DNA from: Dehalococcoidia bacterium
GTDB taxonomy: Bacteria; Chloroflexota; Dehalococcoidia; Lucifugimonadales; UBA3495
Assembly: GCA_963692995.1 (NCBI GenBank)
Contig: OY843611.1
Span: forward strand, 422,748 to 486,747
DNA length: 64,000 nt
Reading direction: 5' to 3'
Part shown: in pieces, positions 27,613 through 35,181 of the stretch
How positions within the stretch are numbered: position 1 is the first letter of the stretch
How the letters are laid out: every line of letters starts with the position of its first letter
Position numbers and translations under genes: made by a program
The notes under the pieces: model-generated
Seen by the model: the letters and a program-made list of their open reading frames with translations, nothing else
Databases searched by the model: none
Told to the model about the DNA's origin: nothing

Positions 27613-28482
27613 TCAACTTTGCGCCAGTGGCCACCTCGACTGCCGCTGCCGGCGTTCGCTCGGCACGCGACAGACGCTCAGCTCCACCTGCCCGGCGGCG
27701 GCGCGGGTTTGCTGGATCGCCTCCATGAAGTTGGAGGTGAGGATGCCGGCGGGGAGCGCGAAAAGGCCGATGCCCAACAGGGCAATGAAGCCGGCAATGA
27801 CGCGCCCCACGAGCGTCCCCGGCACCACTTCCAGCGACGGCAATGTGGTCAAAATCACTACCGACGCCCAGAGGGACTCGCCGATGTTGCCGAACTGCTC
27901 GTGGTTGCCGTTGGGCAGGTTGGTCTCGGCTGAGTGCATCAGAAAGCCCGCCGCCAGCCAGAACACGCTGAGGGTCACCAGGACGCTGATCAGCTGGGAC
28001 GCCGATCGCAGCATGACGCGACCCATCAATCTCATCGCCGGAAAACGCCTCCCGGTCATAATCAGCCGCGAGATCAGGCGAAAGATCGGCAGCACCTCCA
28101 CCTCGCCAAATATGATCATCACCACCAGCGTGGGCCAGATGGCGATGAAGTCGATGATGGCCGCCGCGTTGGTGGTAGCGTAGCGCAGCCGCGCTTTCCA
28201 CCCACCTTGCCGGTAGTTGCGGTGCCAGACGATGCACCACAACCGGATGAGATATTCGGCGGCGAATACGCTGATGAAGAAGAACTCCAGCTTGGTGTTG
28301 CTGACCGCCAGATTTACCGCGCTGAACAGCACCAGCCCAAAGATGGTGAAGTCCACAATTCGCGCCGCGCCGCCGCTGTCCGCCTCCAGCACGTGAAACA
28401 CGGCGTGCTGGAGGCGGAGGTAAGGATTGGCTTCGGGCAACCGGCATTGCAGCAGGGAAAACCCGCCGGAAAACATCCCCAT
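27613..28482 (-). CDS. voltage-gated-type (6TM) ion transport protein with non-canonical pore signature
   Basis: S4-like segment FRLISRLIMTGRRF. The pore helix and S6 align to Kv-type channels (SLWASVVILTT....VVPGTLVGRVIAGFIALLGIGLFALPAGIL), but TVGYGD is replaced by TLPSLE. Confidence 0.8.
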   Translation of the reverse strand: MGMFSGGFSLLQCRLPEANPYLRLQHAVFHVLEADSGGAARIVDFTIFGLVLFSAVNLAVSNTKLEFFFISVFAAEYLIRLWCIVWHRNYRQGGWKARLRYATTNAAAIIDFIAIWPTLVVMIIFGEVEVLPIFRLISRLIMTGRRFPAMRLMGRVMLRSASQLISVLVTLSVFWLAAGFLMHSAETNLPNGNHEQFGNIGESLWASVVILTTLPSLEVVPGTLVGRVIAGFIALLGIGLFALPAGILTSNFMEAIQQTRAAAGQVELSVCRVPSERRQRQSRWPLAQS

Positions 28483-28620
28483 TTGCTATCGCTGGATGCT
28501 TGCTATCGGTAGATGCTTGCTGGTCATTGCCGGCGGCGCGAGGCAAGCTCGACGCTGTGCGGACCGCCGTTGCAGTCGCGGGATTGCGGCGGCGCTACAC
28601 TTCCGGCAATGACCGAGTGG

Positions 28621-29367
28621 TTACATCGCAGTCCGGCCGCCATCGATGACCAATTCGCTGCCCGTCATGAAGGAAGCTTCGTCGGACGCCAGGAACAGCG
28701 CGCCGTATGCGATGTCCTCGGCCTGCCCCAGGCGACCCAGCGGGGTGCGGTTCAGCCGGTCCTCCCGTCCGCCGGCGGCCAGCAGGTCGGCGGTCATGTC
28801 AGTCTCGATGGTGCCGGGATGCACGCTGTTGCAGCGGATGCCGTCGGCGGCGTGCTGGATGGCGGTAGATTTGGTGAACAGGCGCACCGCGCCTTTTGAC
28901 GCGGTGTAGGCCGAGGAGATGTGGTTGCCCACCAGTCCGGCCACGCTGGAAATGTTGACGATGGAGCCGCCGCCGTTGCGCCTAAGCTCGGGAATGGCTG
29001 CCTTGGTGCCGAGGAACACGCCCTTGGCGTTCACTGCCATGGTGGTGTCCCAGTTGTCCGTGGTGGTGTTTTCCACCGTCTCCGGCATATAGACGCCGGC
29101 GTTGTTCACCAGGATATCCAGCTTGCCGAACTGCTCCACCGTGGCGGCGACGGCAGCTCTCCAGGACTGCTCGTCGGTCACGTCCAGGTGGACGTACCGG
29201 CACTCGCCGCCCAACTCGTTGATTTCGGCTTCCACCTGCCGTCCCAGCTCGTCCCGCAGGTCGCCGATGACCACCTTGCAACCCTCCCGGGAGAACATTC
29301 GCGCTTCAGTGGCGCCCATCCCTCGGGCGCCGCCGCTGATGAGAGCCACCTTGTTTTCCAGTCGCAT
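28621..29367 (-). CDS. SDR family oxidoreductase (SDR-B, left flank of the Uma2 array)
   Basis: Start at ATG 29367: MRLENKVALISGGARGMGATEARMF (TGxxxGxG). C-terminus FMTGSELVIDGGRTAM. Confidence 0.9.
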   Translation of the reverse strand: MRLENKVALISGGARGMGATEARMFSREGCKVVIGDLRDELGRQVEAEINELGGECRYVHLDVTDEQSWRAAVAATVEQFGKLDILVNNAGVYMPETVENTTTDNWDTTMAVNAKGVFLGTKAAIPELRRNGGGSIVNISSVAGLVGNHISSAYTASKGAVRLFTKSTAIQHAADGIRCNSVHPGTIETDMTADLLAAGGREDRLNRTPLGRLGQAEDIAYGALFLASDEASFMTGSELVIDGGRTAM

Positions 29368-29384
29368 TCTGAAATCACCTCGCT

Positions 29385-30143
29385 TTATGGTTGATCCGGC
29401 AAGCGTTGCAACTGCTCGCGGAGCCGGGCGTTTTCGGATTCTAGGGCCAGGAGAGCGTTTTCGGCGGCCTGCCGGGCAGCGGCTTCGGTCTGCCGGGCGT
29501 CCTCGGCTTCCTGGTGGGTCAGGAGCCATTGTCCGGTTGCCGGGTCGTACAACCGCAGCTCCAGGCCGGGCAGCACGCAGATGTCCAGCCCTAATACGGC
29601 GCTGTGTCCGCGCAAGATGCCGGCAGCGTCATTGTACAGCGGCTGCTCCCGGTAGATGCCATCGTCCAGCCGTTCTAGCGCCAGGGCCGGAGTGAAATAG
29701 CTGCCGGTAGGGTCAAAGCGGACGTATTCCTGAACGCCCATTGCAGCATAGATGGGCCTTTTTTCAGTAATGTCGCGCTGCCAAGTGCTTCGGGAGGCTA
29801 CCTCCATCACAAAGTTCGGGGCCCGGCCTTCCCGCCAGACCAGCCAGGAATCGCGGCGATGGTTGCCGGTGGCGCCAAAGACGGCAAAGACGTCCGGCGC
29901 GACCCTTACGTCCGCGCGGTTTATCCGGTAATAGACCAGCATATCGCCGGCAATATAAACATCGTCCCGGTTGCGGTAGCGGACACGGAGGGCGGAAACG
30001 GTGTTGGTGAGGGGAACGTACTGGTGGTCGGATTCGGCCATAGGCTCACCATCGGAGGACGGGTAGCAGATGTTGGGGTCATCCACTTCGTCGTCGCCAT
30101 GGGAAAAGTGGGGGATGGCCGATTCCGCGGACTTGGAGACCAT
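29385..30143 (-). CDS. Uma2 (DUF820) family endonuclease, array copy 1 (1 heptad unit)
   Basis: CYPSSDGEPMAESDHQYV...APDVFAVFG...PNFVMEVASRSTWQRDITEKRPIYAAMGVQEYVRFDP is the canonical Uma2 core. C-terminal coiled coil ...ENALLALESENARLREQLQRL. GGGAG lies 8 nt upstream of the ATG. Confidence 0.85.
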   Translation of the reverse strand: MVSKSAESAIPHFSHGDDEVDDPNICYPSSDGEPMAESDHQYVPLTNTVSALRVRYRNRDDVYIAGDMLVYYRINRADVRVAPDVFAVFGATGNHRRDSWLVWREGRAPNFVMEVASRSTWQRDITEKRPIYAAMGVQEYVRFDPTGSYFTPALALERLDDGIYREQPLYNDAAGILRGHSAVLGLDICVLPGLELRLYDPATGQWLLTHQEAEDARQTEAAARQAAENALLALESENARLREQLQRLPDQP

Positions 30144-30298
30144 GGGCGTTGCTCCCGAGCTGTGGCGGACGTAGGCTGTGGCGCGCGTAGATTGCGGCGG
30201 GGGTAGATTGGTGAAACTTACTGCGCGAACAGCCCGCCGTCAATCACCAACTCGCTGCCGGTCATAGTTATCCAGTCGCATTCTGAAATCACTGCGCT

Positions 30299-31120
30299 TT
30301 ATGGTTGGTCCGGCAAGCGTTGCAACTGCTCGCGGAGTCGGGCGTTTTCGGCTTCTAAGGCCAGGAGAGCGTTTTCGGCAACCTGCCGGGCAGCGGCTTC
30401 GGCCTGCCGGGCAGCGGCTTCGGCCTGCCGGGCAACGGCTTCGGCCTGCCGGGCAACGGCTTCGGCCTGCCGGGCGTCCTCGGCTTCCTGGTGGGTCAGG
30501 AGCCATTGTCCGGTTGCCGGGTCGTACAACCGCAGCTCCAGGCCGGGCAGCACGCAGATGTCCAGCCCTAATACGGCGCTGTGGCCGCGCAAGATGCCGG
30601 CAGCGTCATTGTACAGGGGCTGCTCCCGGTAGATGCCATCGTCCAGCCGTTCTAGCGCCAGGGCCGGAGTGAAATAGCTGCCGGTAGGGTCAAAGCGGAC
30701 GTATTCCTGGACGCCCATTGCAGCATAGATGGGCCTTTTTTCGGTAATGTCGCGCTGCCAAGTGCTTCGGGGGGCTACCTCCATCACAAAGTTCGGGGCC
30801 CGGCCTTCCCGCCAGACCAGCCAGGAATCGCGGCGATGGTTGCCGGTGGCGCCAAAGACGGCAAAGACGTCCGGCGCGACCCTTACGTCCGCGCGGTTTA
30901 TCCGGTAATAGACCAGCATATCGCCGGCAATATAAACATCGTCCCGGTTGCGGTAGCGGACACGGAGGGCGGAAACGGTGTTGGTGAGGGGAACGTACTG
31001 GTGGTCGGATTCGGCCATAGGCTCACCATCGGAGGACGGGTAGCAGATGTTGGGGTCATCCACTTCGTCGTCGCCATGGGAAAAGTGGGGGATGGCCGAT
31101 TCCGCGGACTTGGAGACCAT
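30299..31120 (-). CDS. Uma2 family endonuclease, array copy 2 (4 heptad units)
   Basis: Same protein as copy 1 with EVAPRSTW, and AEAVARQ AEAVARQ AEAAARQ AEAAARQ inserted. Confidence 0.85.
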   Translation of the reverse strand: MVSKSAESAIPHFSHGDDEVDDPNICYPSSDGEPMAESDHQYVPLTNTVSALRVRYRNRDDVYIAGDMLVYYRINRADVRVAPDVFAVFGATGNHRRDSWLVWREGRAPNFVMEVAPRSTWQRDITEKRPIYAAMGVQEYVRFDPTGSYFTPALALERLDDGIYREQPLYNDAAGILRGHSAVLGLDICVLPGLELRLYDPATGQWLLTHQEAEDARQAEAVARQAEAVARQAEAAARQAEAAARQVAENALLALEAENARLREQLQRLPDQP

Positions 31121-31275
31121 GGGCGTTGCTCCCGAGCTGTGGCGGACGTAGGCTGTGGCGCGCGTAGATTGCGGCGGGGGTAGATTGGTGAAACTTACTG
31201 CGCGAACAGCCCGCCGTCAATCACCAACTCGCTGCCGGTCATGGTTATCCAGTCGCATTCTGAAATCACCGCGCT

Positions 31276-32118
31276 TTATGGTTGGTCCGGCAAGCGTTGC
31301 AACTGCTCGCGGAGCCGGGCGTTTTCGGCTTCTAAGGCCAGGAGAGCGTTTTCGGCGGCCTGCCGGGCAATGGCTTCGGCCTGCCGGGCAGCGGCTTCGG
31401 CCTGCCGGGCAGCGGCTTCGGCCTGCCGGGCAATGGCTTCGGCCTGCCGGGCAATGGCTTCGGCTTGTCGGGCGTCCTCGGCTTCCTGGTGGGTCAGCAG
31501 CCATTGTCCGGTTGCCGGGTCGTACAACCGCAGCTCCAGGCCGGGCAGCACGCAGATGTCCAGCCCTAATACGGCGCTGTGTCCGCGCAAGATGCCGGCA
31601 GCGTCATTGTACAGGGGCTGCTCCCGGTAGATGCCATCGTCCAGCCGTTCTAGCGCCAGGGCCGGAGTGAAATAGCTGCCGGTAGGGTCAAAGCGGACGT
31701 ATTCCTGGACGCCCATTGCAGCATAGATGGGCCTTTTTTCGGTAATGTCGCGCTGCCAAGTGCTTCTGGAGGCTACCTCCATCACAAAGTTCGGCGCTCG
31801 GCCTTCCCGCCAGACCAGCCAGGAATCGCGGCGATGGTTGCCGGTGGCGCCAAAGACGGCAAAGACGTCCGGCGCGACCCTTACGTCCGCGCGGTTTATC
31901 CGGTAATAGACCAGCATATCGCCGGCAATATAAACATCGTCCCGGTTGCGGTAGCGGACACGGAGGGCGGAAACGGTGTTGGTGAGGGGAACGTACTGGT
32001 GGTCGGATTCGGCCATAGGCTCACCATCGGAGGACGGGTAGCAGATGTTGGGGTCATCCACTTCGTCGTCGCCATGGGAAAAGTGGGGGATGGCCGATTC
32101 CGCGGACTTGGAGACCAT
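31276..32118 (-). CDS. Uma2 family endonuclease, array copy 3 (5 heptad units)
   Basis: Start taken at ATG 32118 (MVSKSAES...), homologous to the other copies. Five AEA(I/A)ARQ units. Confidence 0.85.
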   Translation of the reverse strand: MVSKSAESAIPHFSHGDDEVDDPNICYPSSDGEPMAESDHQYVPLTNTVSALRVRYRNRDDVYIAGDMLVYYRINRADVRVAPDVFAVFGATGNHRRDSWLVWREGRAPNFVMEVASRSTWQRDITEKRPIYAAMGVQEYVRFDPTGSYFTPALALERLDDGIYREQPLYNDAAGILRGHSAVLGLDICVLPGLELRLYDPATGQWLLTHQEAEDARQAEAIARQAEAIARQAEAAARQAEAAARQAEAIARQAAENALLALEAENARLREQLQRLPDQP

Positions 32119-32257
32119 GGGCGTTGCTCCCGAGCTGTGGCGGACGTAGGCTGTGGCGGGGGTAGATTGGTGAAACTTACTGCGCGAACAGCCCGCCGTC
32201 AATCACCAACTCGCTGCCGGTCATGGTTATCCAGTCGCATTCTGAAATCACCTCGCT

Positions 32258-32995
32258 TTATGGTTGATCCGGCAAGCGTTGCAACTGCTCGCGGAGCCGG
32301 GCGTTTTCGGCTTCTAAGGCCAGCAGAGCGTTTTCGGCAGACTGTCGGGCGTCCTCGGCTTCCTGGTGGGTCAGGAGCCATTGTCCGGTTGCCGGGTCGT
32401 ACAACCGCAGCTCCAGGCCCGGCAGCACGCAGATGTCCAGCCCTAATACGGCGCTGTGGCCGCGCAAGATGCCGGCAGCGTCATTGTACAGCGGCTGCTC
32501 CCGGTAGATTCCATCGTCCAGCCGTTCTAGCGCCAGGGCCGGAGTGAAATAGCTCCCGGTGGGGTCAAAGCGGACGTATTCCTGGACGCCCATTGCAGCA
32601 TAGATGGGCCTTTTTTCGGTAATGTCGCGCTGCCAAGTGCTTCGGGAGGCTACCTCCATCACAAAGTTCGGGGCCCGGCCTTCCCGCCAGACCAGCCAGG
32701 AATCGCGGCGATGGTTGCCGGTGGCGCCAAAGACGGCAAAGACGTCCGGCGCGACCCGAAGGTCCGCGCGGTTTATCCGGTAATAGACCAGCATATCGCC
32801 GGCAATATAAACATCGTCCCGGTTGCGGTAGCGGACACGGAGGGCGGAAACGGTGTTGGTGAGGGGAACGTACTGGTGGTCGGATTCGGCCATAGGCTCA
32901 CCATCGGAGGACGGGTAGCAGATGTTGGGGTCATCCACTTCGTCGTCGCCATGGGAAAAGTGGGGGATGGCCGATTCCGCGGACTTGGAGACCAT
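32258..32995 (-). CDS. Uma2 family endonuclease, array copy 4 (0 heptad units)
   Basis: Same core with RADLRV. EDARQ runs directly into SAENALLALEAEN. Confidence 0.85.
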   Translation of the reverse strand: MVSKSAESAIPHFSHGDDEVDDPNICYPSSDGEPMAESDHQYVPLTNTVSALRVRYRNRDDVYIAGDMLVYYRINRADLRVAPDVFAVFGATGNHRRDSWLVWREGRAPNFVMEVASRSTWQRDITEKRPIYAAMGVQEYVRFDPTGSYFTPALALERLDDGIYREQPLYNDAAGILRGHSAVLGLDICVLPGLELRLYDPATGQWLLTHQEAEDARQSAENALLALEAENARLREQLQRLPDQP

Positions 32996-33150
32996 GGGCG
33001 CTGCTCCCGAGCTGTGGCGGACGTAGGCTGTGGCGCGCGTAGATTGTGGCGGGGGTAGATTGGTGAAACTTACTGCGCGAACAGCCCGCCGTCAATCACC
33101 AACTCGCTGCCGGTCATGGTTATCCAGTCGCATTCTGAAATCACTGCGCT

Positions 33151-33930
33151 TTATGGTTGGTCCGGCAAGCGTTGCAACTGCTCGCGGAGTCGGGCGTTTT
33201 CGGCTTCTAAGGCCAGGAGAGCGTTTTCGGCGGCCTGCCGGGCAACGGCTTCGGCCTGCCGGGCAGCGGCTTCGGCCTGCCGGGCGTCCTCGGCCTCCTG
33301 GTGGGTCAGGAGCCATTGTCCGGTTGCCGGGTCGTACAACCGCAGCTCCAGGTCCGGCAGCACGCAGATGTCCAGCCCTAATACGGCGCTGTGGCCGCGC
33401 AAGATGCCGGCAGCGTCATTGTACAGTGGCTGCTCCCGGTAGATCCCATCGTCCAGCCGTTCTAGCGCCAGGGCCGGAGTGAAATAGCTGCCGGTAGGGT
33501 CAAAGCGGACGTATTCCTGGACGCCCATTGCAGCATAGATGGGCCTTTTTTCGGTAATGTCGCGTTGCCAAGTGCTTCGGGAGGCTACCTCCATCACAAA
33601 GTCCGGGGCCCGGCCTTCCCGCCAGACCAGCCAGGAATCGCGGCGATGGTTGCCGGTGGCGCCAAAGACGGCAAAGACGTCCGGCGCGACCCGAAGGTCC
33701 GCGCGGTTTATCCGGTAATAGACCAGCATATCGCCGGCAATATAAACATCGTTCCGGTTGCGGTAGCGGACACGGAGGGCGGAAACGGTGTTGGTGAGGG
33801 GAACGTACTGGTGGTCGGATTCGGCCATAGGCTCACCATCGGAGGACGGGTAGCAGATGTTGGGGTCATCCACTTCGTCGTCGCCATGGGAAAAGTGGGG
33901 GATGGCCGATTCCGCAGACTTGGAGACCAT
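33151..33930 (-). CDS. Uma2 family endonuclease, array copy 5 (2 heptad units)
   Basis: Same core with RNRND, RADLRV, RAPDF and LPDLE substitutions. AEAAARQ AEAVARQ. Confidence 0.85.
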   Translation of the reverse strand: MVSKSAESAIPHFSHGDDEVDDPNICYPSSDGEPMAESDHQYVPLTNTVSALRVRYRNRNDVYIAGDMLVYYRINRADLRVAPDVFAVFGATGNHRRDSWLVWREGRAPDFVMEVASRSTWQRDITEKRPIYAAMGVQEYVRFDPTGSYFTPALALERLDDGIYREQPLYNDAAGILRGHSAVLGLDICVLPDLELRLYDPATGQWLLTHQEAEDARQAEAAARQAEAVARQAAENALLALEAENARLREQLQRLPDQP

Positions 33931-34004
33931 GGGCGTTGCTCCCGAGCTGTGGCGGACGTAGGCTGTGGCGCGCGTAGATTGTGGCGGGGGTAGATTGGTG
34001 AAAC

Positions 34005-34757
34005 TTACTGCGCGAACAGCCCGCCGTCAATCACCAACTCGCTGCCGGTCATAAAGGACGACTCGTCCGACGCCAGGAACAGCGCTCCCCAGGCCACGTC
34101 TTCGGCCTGCCCGACGCGGCCGAGGGGAGTGCGGTCCAGCGACGCCTGGCGCGCCGCGTCGTCGCGCAGCAAGGTCGGCGTCGTCATGGGCGTCTCGATG
34201 ATGCCCGGATGCACCGAGTTGCAGCGAATGCCCTCGGCCGCGTACTGGATGGCAGTGGACTTGGTGAAAAGGCGCACCGCGCCCTTGGTGGCGCCGTAGG
34301 CGGGCGCCCGCCAGCTGCCGATGAGACCGGCCACGCTGGAGATGTTGACGATGGAGCCGCCGCCGGCCTTCCGCATCTCCGGCAGGGCCGCCTTGGTGCC
34401 CAGGAACACGCCTTTGGCGTTGATGTCGAAGATGTTGTCCCACAGCTCTTCGCTGGTATCCTCGATGCCCACTTGCCGATAGATTCCGGCGTTGTTCACC
34501 AGGATGTCCAGCTTGCCGAACCGCGCCACGGCGGTGTTGACGGCGGCGTTCCACTCGTCCTCGCTGGTGACGTCCAAGCGGACAAAGACGCACTCGCCTC
34601 CGGTCTCGTTGATCTCGGCCTCCAGCTGTCGGCCCGCTTCCTCTAGCACGTCGCCGATAACCACCTTGCAGCCTTCGCCGGCGAATAACCGCGCTTCAGC
34701 AGCCCCCTGCCCGCGCGAGCCGCCGCTAATCAGAGCAACCTTGTTTTCCAAACGCAT
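34005..34757 (-). CDS. SDR family oxidoreductase (SDR-A, right flank of the Uma2 array)
   Basis: Start at ATG 34757: MRLENKVALISGGSRGQGAAEARLF. C-terminus FMTGSELVIDGGLFAQ. Its last 48 nt are repeated at every array junction. Confidence 0.9.
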   Translation of the reverse strand: MRLENKVALISGGSRGQGAAEARLFAGEGCKVVIGDVLEEAGRQLEAEINETGGECVFVRLDVTSEDEWNAAVNTAVARFGKLDILVNNAGIYRQVGIEDTSEELWDNIFDINAKGVFLGTKAALPEMRKAGGGSIVNISSVAGLIGSWRAPAYGATKGAVRLFTKSTAIQYAAEGIRCNSVHPGIIETPMTTPTLLRDDAARQASLDRTPLGRVGQAEDVAWGALFLASDESSFMTGSELVIDGGLFAQ

Positions 34758-34894
34758 AGTGACACCTCGAACCTGAAGCAACATTTCTTGGGAACATCAG
34801 CCGGGAGTATGACTAATCGGCAGGCACGATTGTAACTCTGAAGGGAAGGGCGTCAAGAGATGTGATGGCGCTGTGTTCGGTTCAGAGGGTAGCG

Positions 34895-34923
34895 TTGACC
34901 GTGCGACTAGTTGGCTTTATATT
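34895..34923 (+). promoter_or_regulatory. sigma70-like promoter
   Basis: TTGACC, a 17-nt spacer, then TATATT, in an AT-rich 0.4-kb intergenic region about 210 nt upstream of the SBP gene. Confidence 0.5.
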
Positions 34924-35181
34924 ACTCGCTTGAACAATCGAACACACGAATCGGCGCCGGTCGCCGGTTCGGATTTTCGCTCGCTCATTGACGTTCATCG
35001 GCGGTGCGTTGTTGTCCGCGGGAGTGGATGTCGTACGTTTGCCATCCGCGTTGCACGGAACGCATGAGGCAGGCTGGACGCTGGAGCGCGGTGTTCGTTT
35101 AAAATTCACCTTAGAAAAAAGAGGAGAATCGTTATGCTCAAATTATTGATATAAAGTATCGCAAATACTGCCGCGGGCGCC

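Larger units (their letters stand above)
29356..34052 (-). repeat. five-unit head-to-tail tandem amplification (units ~910, 977, 982, 893, 935 bp)
   Basis: Near-identical units each carry one Uma2 gene. Junction motif ...GCTGCCGGTCAT(A/G)GTTATCCAGTCGCATTCTGAAATCAC... recurs at 30265, 31242, 32224 and 33117, and its left half (GCTGCCGGTCAT) recurs at 34052 inside the intact SDR-A gene. Confidence 0.9.

Noticed and set aside
27587-28546. 319-aa minus-strand ORF overlapping the ion-channel gene in another frame
   Set aside because: The 27613-28482 frame gives six clean TM helices and a Kv-like pore. This frame is Arg/Gly/Pro-rich with no features.
30382-31463. Possible CRISPR array (regular 21-bp repeats)
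   Set aside because: The repeats are contiguous with no spacers and lie in frame within coding sequence (AEAxARQ heptads). No cas genes are present.
30301-33482. Plus-strand ORFs across the Uma2 array (for example 30301-30672, 31155-31670, 31834-32547, 33030-33482)
   Set aside because: They repeat only because the underlying DNA repeats. They are Arg/Pro/Gly/Ala-rich translations antisense to well-supported Uma2 genes.
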